Shown: positions 9,278 to 18,819 of the stretch, piece by piece
Layout of the letters: every line of letters starts with the position of its first letter
How positions within the stretch are numbered: position 1 is the first letter of the stretch
Sequence record: SRR2962707_4996
Reading direction: 5' to 3' (one strand)
Length of the DNA: 35,167 bases
Translations under genes and position numbers: made by a program
Notes under the pieces: model-generated
Database searches by the model: none
Told to the model about the DNA's origin: nothing
The model's input: the letters and a program-made list of their open reading frames with translations, nothing else

Positions 9278-10476
9278 AGTGCGTCCTTAATTTTAGCTAA
9301 CTTACGCGGCGGCGCCATGTCGATCATCGAACTGGTCAATAAATAGTCGCGTGCTTTGGATGGATCAGCGGCAGCATCGGCAATGAAGGCCAGCCAATCT
9401 TGCTTACCAGTTACGTTCTTATCCGTTCTTGGAAGGAGGAAATCTGTAGCTATATGCAGCCGCTCTTTAAGGGCCGCCGCAAATATATCGACACCGCCGA
9501 TTGATGTTTCCAACTGGGAAATAATACTGGTGGCAATTCCATAGGCATCATGAAAACCGCAATTCATGTTCATGCCACCTTTTGTATTGGTCAAATGAAC
9601 CGCATCGCCGATGAGACCAATGCGCCCAAGATGGTTTTGTTTCACGACCATTTTGCTTGCGCCATATATATCCGTGCCGAGGATTTCTAAACCGCCGGCA
9701 ACCTTGGGCAAGAACTCGCGCACGATTGGCATATACCAATCTGCAGATTTTGCTTTTTCGTCACTTGTACCTTCTGGAACGCGGATGATGATGCGCCAGC
9801 AATCTGGCATTTCCAGCAAGCTCACAGATCTCTGATCTTCAGAATAAATATAGGAAACAGATGCCAACTCCGGCATCAAATCTACAATGGATTTATCGAC
9901 GATGAGGCGAAGAACGCGTCCAGGATATTTGACCCCTTCCTCATCAAAGCCAAGCGCATTTCGAACGGCGCTCTGAGCGCCATCGGCTCCAAGAACGAAT
10001 TTTGCCCGAATGGTTTCGCCATTCGTTGTGGTGACCCAAGCAGAAACATCGTCTTGCCCAACATCCTGCACCGCGGCCTGGTAACGGATCGTGGCTAAGT
10101 TTGTCGCCAGCGCTTTGGCCAATAAGTGAGGCGTTATTGCTGACTGCTCAAGGTGAACGCGGTAAGGCACCGATGTGTCTGCGCGAAGCGACACAGGCTG
10201 ATTAAATTCGCCAATTCGCTCGCCGCCGATTTTAAGATAAGCGATGCGTTCAGCTTTGCTGCCCAAATCAAGCATAACATCAAGAAGACCAAACTCATCT
10301 AGGATTTCTAAGGTCGGTGGATGAAACGTCGATGCTTTAGATGCAATATTTAGTGCATCGCGTTTTTCCAAAATGATGCTACTCACACCATGTTGCGCAA
10401 GTTTAAGCGCAGCTGTTAATCCAACCGGCCCTGCACCGCAAATTACGACATCACTATGCAACGCGGCATCTTCCAT
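9274..10476 (-). CDS. FAD-dependent monooxygenase (aromatic-ring hydroxylase family)
   Basis: GAGPVG, GADGA and GDAVH...GGMNMNCGFHDA fingerprints. Start moved to ATG 10476 (GGAGG RBS at 10482-10486 on the - strand). Confidence 0.92.
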   Translation of the reverse strand: MEDAALHSDVVICGAGPVGLTAALKLAQHGVSSIILEKRDALNIASKASTFHPPTLEILDEFGLLDVMLDLGSKAERIAYLKIGGERIGEFNQPVSLRADTSVPYRVHLEQSAITPHLLAKALATNLATIRYQAAVQDVGQDDVSAWVTTTNGETIRAKFVLGADGAQSAVRNALGFDEEGVKYPGRVLRLIVDKSIVDLMPELASVSYIYSEDQRSVSLLEMPDCWRIIIRVPEGTSDEKAKSADWYMPIVREFLPKVAGGLEILGTDIYGASKMVVKQNHLGRIGLIGDAVHLTNTKGGMNMNCGFHDAYGIATSIISQLETSIGGVDIFAAALKERLHIATDFLLPRTDKNVTGKQDWLAFIADAAADPSKARDYLLTSSMIDMAPPRKLAKIKDAL

Positions 10477-10499
10477 GGAAACCTCCAAACCAATCTTAA

Positions 10500-10524
10500 T
10501 GTATGTTGTATCTAACATAATACA
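10500..10524. promoter_or_regulatory. Putative upper-module operator upstream of the monooxygenase
   Basis: TGTATGT-N11-TAATACA containing the inverted repeat TATGTT-N6-AACATA. Confidence 0.5.
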
Positions 10525-10763
10525 ATAAGGCGCGCAACTGATCTTGAAACTGGATTATGCAACGGGAGATTAAAATGAACTTGAGCTGGAGCTGCATATC
10601 ACTGAAAAAGAACCGACCTTAGTTTTATCCAAATGTCATATTAAATTATTTACCTGCGGTTATTGATCGCGGGGTAACTTTGGATTGGATTTCCTGCTAT
10701 AGTGGACGCATAGTTAGTGATGTTTTGGCTATGCCAAAAGGTTACAAATCATTGGAGACGAAA

Positions 10764-11303
10764 ATGACTTTTGAAGCGCCATACGCACTCAATATTTCAG
10801 ATGTGGAGATTGTGACCAATAAAAAAGGGACACGCGAAGCTGTGGCTACTTTTCATGGCCGGATGGGCACGCAGACTGCAAAACAAGAGATAAAAAGCGA
10901 TGAATTTGCTGATTTATTTGATTGTTGCCGCCTGCTCGCAAAAGACATTCTGGCCAAAGAATTTCGATTAAATTCAAAAGTGGATTTAGACTTCGAACTT
11001 ACCAGTGAAGACGGAATCACCGTCTGGCATACGAAACCATCGACGTTCCTAAAAATACCGATGGAGATGAGCATGCAGTGGTCCTGCATGCATATGACGA
11101 AGAACTACAAATCGTTCACATCACTCGGTGTCGTCGAAATGCCGTCTGAATTTAAATTGGTCAATGGCGCGCTTCCAACAAAAGAAACACTCCAGTTGAT
11201 GCTCAACTCCATGGAATCAGGCATCGAATTTATGGGCATGTTGATCCAACAGCGTGACGAAATCGATCATGACAAGGAAATGGCAGCTGAAAAAGCCTCA
11301 TAA
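10764..11303 (+). CDS. Hypothetical protein, no family recognised
   Basis: 179-aa ORF with GGAG RBS before ATG 10764. Fills an otherwise empty interval. Confidence 0.65.
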   Translation: MTFEAPYALNISDVEIVTNKKGTREAVATFHGRMGTQTAKQEIKSDEFADLFDCCRLLAKDILAKEFRLNSKVDLDFELTSEDGITVWHTKPSTFLKIPMEMSMQWSCMHMTKNYKSFTSLGVVEMPSEFKLVNGALPTKETLQLMLNSMESGIEFMGMLIQQRDEIDHDKEMAAEKAS

Positions 11304-11368
11304 GGGGATGATTTAAGACTGTCATCGACTTTTCTGCGCACAACGTTGGCTGATGGTTCTTGCAATAA

Positions 11369-11399
11369 TGTAGTAATGTAGATACATTAGTATTACTAC
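11369..11399. promoter_or_regulatory. Putative upper-module operator upstream of the aminotransferase
   Basis: TGTAGTA half-site, inner palindrome TAATGTA-GA-TACATTA (11374-11389, HutC-like TGTAnnTACA) and outer GTAGTAAT...ATTACTAC repeat. Confidence 0.6.
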
Positions 11400-11406
11400 C
11401 TGAAAT

Positions 11407-12711
11407 GTGAGAAGTCTGATGGATTGTAAAAGCGCCGCATTTGAATATGGAAAAACCTATCGTGATCGCGCGCTAAAGAGCGTTGCTTTCGGCGTAAGCT
11501 CAACCCCTCGAGGCAGGCAACTACCTGCGCCTATCGTGGTAAAACGCGCTGTAAATGCGCATGTTTTTGATGAAACTGATAATAAGTTCATTGACTACGC
11601 GCTTGGTTATGGTCCCCTTATTCTCGGCCACAGCCCGCAATGCGTTATCGACGCCGTTCACCACGAGCTCGCAATGGGTATGCGCACGGCAAGCGTGCAT
11701 AAAGGCGAGGCTGAATTAGGCGAACTCATTGCCCAAACACTACCCTGCGCAGAACTATCCTCGTTCGTTAGCTCCGGCTCAGAAGCCGTGCACCTTGCAT
11801 TACGAACAGCAAGAGCTGTCACTGGTAAATTGCCAATTATAAAATTCCGCGGAAATTATCATGGCTGGCTTGATAATATCCACATAGCCAATGACGTGCA
11901 GAACGATGGGCCGGCAACGGTAGGTCAAGACAACAGCGCCGCGCAGAATATTAAGATTTTGGATTGGGGTGATACCGATGCGTTTATGCGCGAAATTTCA
12001 TCTGATTATGCAGCAGTTATTCTAGAACCAATTGCGGTCAATGGCGGATGCGTTTATCCGCCGGCAGGCTTTCTTGAGTGCGTTAGGCAAAAGACGAAAG
12101 AGTTGGGCGTCGTTCTCATTTTCGACGAAGTGATAACAGGCTATCGCCTATCGCTTGGCGGCGCGCAGGAAAAATTGGGCATCACGCCTGATTTGTCCGT
12201 AATCGGAAAATCGATGGGCGGCGGTCTGCCTATTGGCGCTATCGCCGGCACAGCTGAAGTTATGGAGCCTATTGCTTCTGGCCGCATGCTTCATCGCGGC
12301 ACTTTCAATGGCAATCCGCTAAGCGTTGCCGCTTCAATTGCTTCCATCACTTATCTTCGCGATAATAGCGCGACGCTCTACCCCAAAATTGACGCGATGG
12401 CGAAAGATTTGGAAGATCATGCAAAGCAATGCGTTGCCGCGACCAATTTAACGGCGAGCATAACGCGGACAGGCTCTGCCTTGCAGATATTTCTTGGCAC
12501 GTCCGAAATCAAAAAACTTGCCGACACGGCAAACATTAGCCGGGAGCAAACGGCCGACTTTGCCGCCGAATTATTGATACGCGGTGTGCAAACGATATCG
12601 CGCGGTTTGATGTATGTATCAAATGCCCATACGCCAACCGACATTGAGGAAACAAAACAGGCTTTCGACGGCGCATTTGAAGCCCTTGCCGCTAAAGCAA
12701 TCGCGTCATAA
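11407..12711 (+). CDS. Class-III PLP aminotransferase (glutamate-1-semialdehyde aminomutase-like, probably not true HemL)
   Basis: SSGSEA, YHGW, IFDEVITGYR, PLP Lys in GKSMGGGLP, GTFNGNP. Alternative start at ATG 11419. Confidence 0.9.
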   Translation: MRSLMDCKSAAFEYGKTYRDRALKSVAFGVSSTPRGRQLPAPIVVKRAVNAHVFDETDNKFIDYALGYGPLILGHSPQCVIDAVHHELAMGMRTASVHKGEAELGELIAQTLPCAELSSFVSSGSEAVHLALRTARAVTGKLPIIKFRGNYHGWLDNIHIANDVQNDGPATVGQDNSAAQNIKILDWGDTDAFMREISSDYAAVILEPIAVNGGCVYPPAGFLECVRQKTKELGVVLIFDEVITGYRLSLGGAQEKLGITPDLSVIGKSMGGGLPIGAIAGTAEVMEPIASGRMLHRGTFNGNPLSVAASIASITYLRDNSATLYPKIDAMAKDLEDHAKQCVAATNLTASITRTGSALQIFLGTSEIKKLADTANISREQTADFAAELLIRGVQTISRGLMYVSNAHTPTDIEETKQAFDGAFEALAAKAIAS

Positions 12712-12863
12712 TCGAGCGTGAAACATTCAGAAGACGGTGCATACATTGCGGTTCGCTTTGTTGATAGTTAACCGCCAATATTTAATTTTCGGCGCGCTGA
12801 ATTTAAAAAATGAAGAATTAAAGCGGAAATCCCTTACAACAAATCTTGTTCTATTTTTCAAAT

Positions 12864-12875
12864 AGTGTTAACACT
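12864..12875. promoter_or_regulatory. Putative lower-module operator AGTGTTAACACT
   Basis: Perfect 12-bp palindrome upstream of the lyase gene, matching sites at 14588 and 14664. Confidence 0.65.
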
Positions 12876-12913
12876 TTTGTAAATTCCAATTCAAAATAGA
12901 ACTGAGATATATA

Positions 12914-13843
12914 ATGGATAAAGCCAAGTCATCGAAGGCCCGCATTTACCGCGAAATGATTGCAAGCGGCGATCTTATCGTATCGGCGGGTGCTTATGAC
13001 GGTTATAGCGCTCGGTTAATCGAGAAAGCTGGATTTAAGACGGTCGCAACCAGCGGAGCTGCCATTTCCAATTCCCGCATGGGCATTGCAGATATGGGCT
13101 TCATGGGGCTCGCAGAGAATTTAGACCAATGCCGAGCAATCGTTCGGTCGGTTAATATTCCTGTCACCTGTGATGCTGATACCGGCTACGGGAATCCGGT
13201 TAATGTCTACCACACAGTTCAAGAATTTGAGGCTATTGGCGCAGTTGGCGTGAACATCGAAGACCAAGTTAATCCCAAGCGCTGCGGCCATATGGCGGGC
13301 AAAGAGGTGATTGACCGCGTTGAAATGATCAAGAAAGTTGGAGCCGCTTGCCGTGCTCGCCGTGATGATGATTTTGTGATTGTTGCCAGAACAGATGCCC
13401 TCGCGGTTGAGGGTATGGATAAAACGCTTGAGCGCATTCGTGATTATGTAAAAGCCGGCGCCGACATGATTTTTGCCGACGCCGTTGATTCCGAAGAGAC
13501 ACTTGCGCGCATTCTAGAAGCAAGCGATGCGCCTGTTACGGTGAATATGGGTTTTGGTATTCGCGAGCGGCCAACAACGCCATTAATTCCCCTACCCCGC
13601 CTGAAAGAAATGGGGGTTAAACGGATCAGCTTGCCGCGCATGTTGCCAGCTGCGGCCATCATGGGCATGCGTTCAGCATTAGAGGTAATGCGCGAAGTGA
13701 TGGAAACTGGAAAACCAGCTCATCGCCCAGATTTGCTGGTCGGTATCGAAGATATTATGGACCTTATGGACTATGAATCAGCGCGCGCATTGGAAGCCGA
13801 ACTCCTATCAGTGGAAAAAATCCAAACTAAATATAAAAGCTAG
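12914..13843 (+). CDS. Isocitrate lyase/PEP mutase family C-C lyase (PrpB / 2,3-dimethylmalate lyase-like)
   Basis: DADTGYG, IEDQ, catalytic loop KRCGH, VARTDA, AGADMIF. Confidence 0.92.
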   Translation: MDKAKSSKARIYREMIASGDLIVSAGAYDGYSARLIEKAGFKTVATSGAAISNSRMGIADMGFMGLAENLDQCRAIVRSVNIPVTCDADTGYGNPVNVYHTVQEFEAIGAVGVNIEDQVNPKRCGHMAGKEVIDRVEMIKKVGAACRARRDDDFVIVARTDALAVEGMDKTLERIRDYVKAGADMIFADAVDSEETLARILEASDAPVTVNMGFGIRERPTTPLIPLPRLKEMGVKRISLPRMLPAAAIMGMRSALEVMREVMETGKPAHRPDLLVGIEDIMDLMDYESARALEAELLSVEKIQTKYKS

Positions 13844-13910
13844 CTCGCTTAGATTTAGCAGCAGTCTGCTTGTCACTATTTAATTTTGGGTCCACTGCTT
13901 GCTGAACGAC

Positions 13911-14576
13911 TTAGGCGCCGTTGAGCAATTGATGTGCGTGTTCATCTGCCAATTGGGATTGAAGGCTGTGCGTCGCGCGCGCGATATGGTTACGCATCAA
14001 CGATTCTGCCAAAAATGCGTCGCGCGACTTCATCGCCTTGAGGATCTGCCAGTGCTCATTATGGGCCGTCTCACTGCGACCAGGGGTGCGGCTGGACCGA
14101 TAACGATACATGCGAAGTAAGTAGTAAAGCTCATCACAGAGATAATTTCTTATGCGCTCGTTTCCGCAACCAGCCGCTATTCGTTGATGAATATCAACCG
14201 GCTCAACGTCTGGATTTTCCAGCGCCTCTGAAAAATCATTTAAGAGCTGATCTAAGTCTGCGTCAGACATCGCCTGCGTGGCAAGGCGCACAGACATCGC
14301 CTCTACCCCCTCTCTGATTTGGAAAATTTCAATCATATGCGCGACCGTTAACTCAATCACACGGGCCTTCATAAAAGGTTCTTTTTTGATGAGGCCAACG
14401 CCTTCAAGACGTTTTACCGCCTCGCGCACGGGACCACGACTAACATCGAGCTTTTTAGCAATCGACAACTCATTAACTGGTGCGCCCTGAGGTATTTTAC
14501 CTTCGATAACTTGCGACAAAATGAGCTTAAAAATCTCATCAACCATCGTCTTACTATTTTGCTGCTGAATCATCAC
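13911..14576 (-). CDS. GntR family regulator with FCD domain, similar to methylcitrate-cycle PrpR
   Basis: VSRGPVREAVKRLEG wHTH. LCDELYYLLRMYR...EHWQIL...RDAFLAESLMRNHI resembles GntR-type PrpR proteins. Confidence 0.9.
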   Translation of the reverse strand: MMIQQQNSKTMVDEIFKLILSQVIEGKIPQGAPVNELSIAKKLDVSRGPVREAVKRLEGVGLIKKEPFMKARVIELTVAHMIEIFQIREGVEAMSVRLATQAMSDADLDQLLNDFSEALENPDVEPVDIHQRIAAGCGNERIRNYLCDELYYLLRMYRYRSSRTPGRSETAHNEHWQILKAMKSRDAFLAESLMRNHIARATHSLQSQLADEHAHQLLNGA

Positions 14577-14587
14577 TGCCCAGTTTC

Positions 14588-14600
14588 TGTCGACACTTTT
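14588..14600. promoter_or_regulatory. Putative lower-module operator TGTCGACACTTTT (autoregulatory)
   Basis: TGTCGACA palindrome 12 nt upstream of the FCD-GntR start codon. Confidence 0.55.
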
Positions 14601-14663
14601 TCCTTTTTATCAGACTCGCTGATCTGCGCCAAGATGAATAACAACGCATCGAAACTTCGGCAT

Positions 14664-14679
14664 AAAGTGTTGACACTTT
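14664..14679. promoter_or_regulatory. Putative lower-module operator AAAGTGTTGACACTTT overlapping a TTGACA element
   Basis: AAAGTGT-TG-ACACTTT inverted repeat upstream of the aconitase operon. Confidence 0.65.
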
Positions 14680-14704
14680 TACCAAAAATAGTTATTTTGA
14701 AAGT

Positions 14705-17449
14705 ATGGTTTTAGAGCAAGAAATCGACACGCCTTTAAAGCGCTTTAAATTAAGTGCGCCGGTCGATTATACCTGCGTTGACTTGCAGAAAATCACTTCA
14801 GCGCGCAGCAAACCTTTACCGAAAAGCCTACTCGTCGTGCTCGACAACCTCTCTCGCCAAAAGCGACTTGGAAAGAATGTAGATCACGAAATAGGGACGC
14901 TCATCGGCTGGCATACAGCCTCACCGGAACTCAGTTTTCCGCTTTGCGTTGATCGGGTTTTATTTCCCGATAGCAGCGGATTGCCTGCATTAATGGACTT
15001 GGCTGCGGCGCGTGATGCTATCAAGCAAAGAGGCGGCGATCCCTCGTCTATAGAGCCAACTGTACCTGTCACTTTAGTCGTCGATCATTCTTTGATGGTT
15101 GACTATTTTGGTCGCCTAGATGCTGCGGCGCTAAACGAAGCCAAAGAAATTGAGCGCAATGGTGAACGCTATGCTTTTCTTAAATGGGCCGAAAGCGCCT
15201 TTGATGCGCTTTCTATTGTACCGCCAGGATCAGGTATTATCCATCAGGTGCATTTGGAAAAATTGGCGGAACTTATCAAAGTCGATGTAAGCGACCCCTC
15301 CAGCCCCTTGGTTTGCCCAGAATTCGTGCTCGGCTGCGACTCGCATACAACTATGATCAACGCCATCGGCCTTTTAGCCTGGGGTGTAGGCGGCATTGAT
15401 GGCGAAAGCGCGATGCTTGGCCATCCTTACACTGTTCGCATTCCCCGTGTAGTCGGCGTGCGCTTAGTTGGAAAGCTTGGTGCGGGGATTATGCCGACAG
15501 ATCTCGTTTTAACGATCACACACCGGCTTCGTAAGTTCGGCGTGACCGGTGCATTCGTCGAATTCTTTGGTGAAGGTCTGGATGATTTGTCCGTCCCCGA
15601 TAGAGCAACAATTGCAAACATGGCGCCTGAATATGGCGCAACAATTGGCTTCTTCCCAATTGATGACAGAACCATCGATTACTTAAAACAATCAGGGCGC
15701 AGTACTGATCGTATTGCGTTGATCCAAGCTTACGCAACCGAGACTGGTTTGTTTCGGCGCAGCGGCGAAACTGAGCCCGAATTCAGCAGCGTTATCGAAA
15801 TTGATCTTTCCGAAATCACGCCAAGCGTGGCAGGGCCCAAGCGGCCGCAGGATCTCGTCGCGTTAAAAGACATCGCAAAAACATTTCACAATGCACTTTG
15901 GCGCGCGCCAGAGGACGGCGGCTTTGGTCTCTCCTTAGATGATTTGGAAAAATCCGCCCAAATTACTTTAGAGGGCAAAAGCCATGAATTGACCCATGGC
16001 AATATTACCATCGCGGCGATTACCTCTTGTACCAACACCTCTAATCCGACGGTTATGTTTGGCGCAGGCCTGCTGGCGCGCAATGCGCGGGCGTTTGGCC
16101 TAAAAGTGCCCCCCTTTGTCAAAACCTCGATGGCACCGGGTTCGAAACTTGTAACCGATTATTTGCGCAATGCCGATTTACTTACCCCACTTGAAGAACT
16201 TGGTTTTTATGTTGTTGGATATGGCTGCACGACCTGCTCTGGTAAATCTGGCCCTATCAACGAAAGCATCGCATCTGCTGTAATGGACAATGATCTTGTC
16301 GCCACATCAGTTCTTTCTGGCAATCGCAACTTTGAGGGTCGCATTCATAAGTCTTGCCGCGCAAACTACCTAGCATCCCCGCCATTGGTTGTTGCTTTGG
16401 CCCTCGCCGGCCGCATCGATATTGATTTTGATTTTGAGCCCTTGGGCATCGCACAAAATGGAACGCCGGTGTTTTTGCGTGATATATGGCCGGACCGCGA
16501 AGAGATCGCAACCTACGTCGGCACGAGCCAAGTGCCGCAACAATTTACGAATAGCTACAAATCTCTGTTTGACGGATCGCAATTGTGGAACGAACTTGAA
16601 TGCGCCGACGGTGAGACTTTTCCGTGGGATGCGGGCAGCACATATTTGAAGCGTCCTCCATTTTTTGAACTTGTGAAAAGTGTTCAGGCCGATGCGTTGA
16701 ACAATTGCCAGGCCCTTGTCGTCGCCGGCGATTCATTGACCACAGACCATGTGACGCCAAGCGGCGAAATTCTGCCAGAAAGTCTTGCAGGCAAATATTT
16801 GATTGAAAATGGCGTTGCACCCAAGGACTTTAATGCTGTGACGCAGCGCCGTGGCAATCATGAATTCATGGCGCGCATAACATTTGGCAATCAGCGCATG
16901 AAAAATCGGCTCGCTGGCGGCCAAGAAGGTGGGTTCACTAGGCTTGGAGACGACGAAGAGCTAATACCAATTTTTGAAGCGTCTCAATGGATGCAAAAAA
17001 ATGATGTTACGCCCATCGTTATCGCCGGACGTGATTATGGCATGGGATCGAGCCGCGATTGGGCGGCCAAAGGGCCAATGCTTCTGGGCATTAGAATTGT
17101 GCTCGCGCAATCATTCGAACGCATCCATCGCTCTAATCTGGTTGGCATGGGCATCATGCCTCTTATTTTTGAAGAGGGCACTTCAACTGAAACACTCAAT
17201 CTCACGGGCTTTGAAACTTTTGAATTTAAAGGGCTGAATAACGCAATTGCCCGCGGCGAAAAGATTAAAGTCACCGCGCGAAGCCAAGGTCAACTGGTTG
17301 CCGAGTTTGATGTCGTTTTAGATATCTCAAATGCCCATGAGCGCCACCTACTCCAAAGCGGCGGCATATTTCAAAACCTTATAGAAAACAGTGTTGCAGC
17401 TTTGCCAAGTGCAGAAGCACGCAAACACTTTAGCCAAGAGGCACAATGA
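14705..17449 (+). CDS. acnA: Aconitate hydratase A family protein (paralogue with altered substrate motifs)
   Basis: DHS, DSHT, NMAPEYGAT, AITSCTNTSNP, GCTTC, SGNRNFEGR, GSSRDWAAKG and FERIHRSNL. All three Fe-S cysteines are present. Confidence 0.93.
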   Translation: MVLEQEIDTPLKRFKLSAPVDYTCVDLQKITSARSKPLPKSLLVVLDNLSRQKRLGKNVDHEIGTLIGWHTASPELSFPLCVDRVLFPDSSGLPALMDLAAARDAIKQRGGDPSSIEPTVPVTLVVDHSLMVDYFGRLDAAALNEAKEIERNGERYAFLKWAESAFDALSIVPPGSGIIHQVHLEKLAELIKVDVSDPSSPLVCPEFVLGCDSHTTMINAIGLLAWGVGGIDGESAMLGHPYTVRIPRVVGVRLVGKLGAGIMPTDLVLTITHRLRKFGVTGAFVEFFGEGLDDLSVPDRATIANMAPEYGATIGFFPIDDRTIDYLKQSGRSTDRIALIQAYATETGLFRRSGETEPEFSSVIEIDLSEITPSVAGPKRPQDLVALKDIAKTFHNALWRAPEDGGFGLSLDDLEKSAQITLEGKSHELTHGNITIAAITSCTNTSNPTVMFGAGLLARNARAFGLKVPPFVKTSMAPGSKLVTDYLRNADLLTPLEELGFYVVGYGCTTCSGKSGPINESIASAVMDNDLVATSVLSGNRNFEGRIHKSCRANYLASPPLVVALALAGRIDIDFDFEPLGIAQNGTPVFLRDIWPDREEIATYVGTSQVPQQFTNSYKSLFDGSQLWNELECADGETFPWDAGSTYLKRPPFFELVKSVQADALNNCQALVVAGDSLTTDHVTPSGEILPESLAGKYLIENGVAPKDFNAVTQRRGNHEFMARITFGNQRMKNRLAGGQEGGFTRLGDDEELIPIFEASQWMQKNDVTPIVIAGRDYGMGSSRDWAAKGPMLLGIRIVLAQSFERIHRSNLVGMGIMPLIFEEGTSTETLNLTGFETFEFKGLNNAIARGEKIKVTARSQGQLVAEFDVVLDISNAHERHLLQSGGIFQNLIENSVAALPSAEARKHFSQEAQ

Positions 17450-17452
17450 CCC

Positions 17453-18808
17453 ATGTTTGATTTAACTTTGGCCAACGGCAACATCATATTTCCTGGTGAC
17501 AGCGTTCGCGCAGGTACACTTGGTATCAAGAATGGGAAAATTGCAGCCATCCTTCCCGCAAGTGACAAACCAAAATCTGAACGCACAATTGATTGCACTG
17601 ACAAATGGATTTTTCCAGGGCTTATTGATCCGCATACGCATATCGGTTTTGGCAATAAAGAGAATGATTGGGACACTGAATCAAAAGCAGCAGCGCTTGG
17701 CGGTGTGACCGGACTAATGAGTTTCTGGCGCGGTGATAGTCTTGCCGATTCTGCAACCAAGTGGAAGCAAGAAGCCCTTCAACGAAGCATCATCGATTTC
17801 GGGTTTCATTTTGGCATTACCTCACACCAGCATGTTGCCGAACTCGCTGAGGTGACAAAGCTGCATGGCGTCAGCTCAATCAAAGTTTATTTGATGTATA
17901 AGGGTGCGACCGGCGCGGCAAAAGGCTTTACCGAGGTTGATGACAGTCTACTTTTTGCAGCGCTAAATGCAGGCTCCAAAGTCAAAGGCGGCGTTGTCGG
18001 AGTTCATTGTGAAAACACGGAAGTAATTCCGTTTTTCCGCGGCCCTATCAAGGATTCCGGACGCGATGATCTTTTGGCATGGGATGAGCAATCGCCCGAT
18101 TTTCTAGAAACTGAAAATGTTTTCAGGGTCTGTTATTTTGCGGAAAAAACCAATTGCCCCGTCAATATTGTGCATATGTCGGCGCTCGAAAGCTTAAATT
18201 TAGTGCGCAAAATGCGGCATCGAAATCGCCCGCCAATTCATGTTGAAACATGCATTCACTATTTAAGCCTTCCCCATGATGCGCCCATCGGATCACTTGG
18301 AAAAGTGAACCCACCGCTACGCTCGCAGGCCGATATTGATGGTCTTTGGGAAGGCATTATTGCCGGTGACATTACAACTGTTGGCTCTGACCATGTTCCG
18401 CGCAAACGGTCGACAAAGGGGCCGAGCATATGGGAAGCTTCAGCCGGTTTTCCCGGTATCGGGCAAATTCTTCCAGTTTTGCTGCAGGAAGGATTTTTCA
18501 ATCGCGATGTGCCGCTTGCAACGCTTGCCGCAGTTACCAGCAAGAACGTCGCGAAATTATATAAGCTTGCCTATAAGGGTGATATCGCAATTGGCTATGA
18601 TGCCGATTTTGCCATCGTCGATCCCCATAGTGAAACACTGATCAAAGCAGACGCATCTCCCTCTTATTCGGACTACTCAGTCTACGAAGGGAAAAAATGC
18701 CAAGGGCGGATCACGCACACCATATTACGGGGCAGCATCTTGGCCGAAGACGGCGCGCTCTCTGTGAATGAAAAGCCTGCTGGACAATATTTACACCGCG
18801 CGTGTTGA
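17453..18808 (+). CDS. Cyclic amidohydrolase (dihydroorotase/hydantoinase/allantoinase family)
   Basis: DPHTH, carboxylatable Lys (SIKVY), VHCEN, VHMS, KVNPPLR, GSDH, DADFAI. Confidence 0.92.
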   Translation: MFDLTLANGNIIFPGDSVRAGTLGIKNGKIAAILPASDKPKSERTIDCTDKWIFPGLIDPHTHIGFGNKENDWDTESKAAALGGVTGLMSFWRGDSLADSATKWKQEALQRSIIDFGFHFGITSHQHVAELAEVTKLHGVSSIKVYLMYKGATGAAKGFTEVDDSLLFAALNAGSKVKGGVVGVHCENTEVIPFFRGPIKDSGRDDLLAWDEQSPDFLETENVFRVCYFAEKTNCPVNIVHMSALESLNLVRKMRHRNRPPIHVETCIHYLSLPHDAPIGSLGKVNPPLRSQADIDGLWEGIIAGDITTVGSDHVPRKRSTKGPSIWEASAGFPGIGQILPVLLQEGFFNRDVPLATLAAVTSKNVAKLYKLAYKGDIAIGYDADFAIVDPHSETLIKADASPSYSDYSVYEGKKCQGRITHTILRGSILAEDGALSVNEKPAGQYLHRAC

Positions 18809-18819
18809 AAGGAATTAAA

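Noticed and set aside
790-12711. A heme biosynthesis operon (hemC + hemL)
   Set aside because: No hemA, hemB, hemD or hemE is present. The aminotransferase lacks the HemL N-terminal motif and shares an operator with catabolic genes.
12914-17449. Canonical 2-methylcitrate cycle
   Set aside because: No prpC, prpD, prpF or prpE in the island, and the aconitase substrate motifs are altered.
17453-18808. pyrC or a duplicate of hydA
   Set aside because: Only family-level motifs are shared. It differs strongly from the hydA at 31331 and sits in the aconitase operon.
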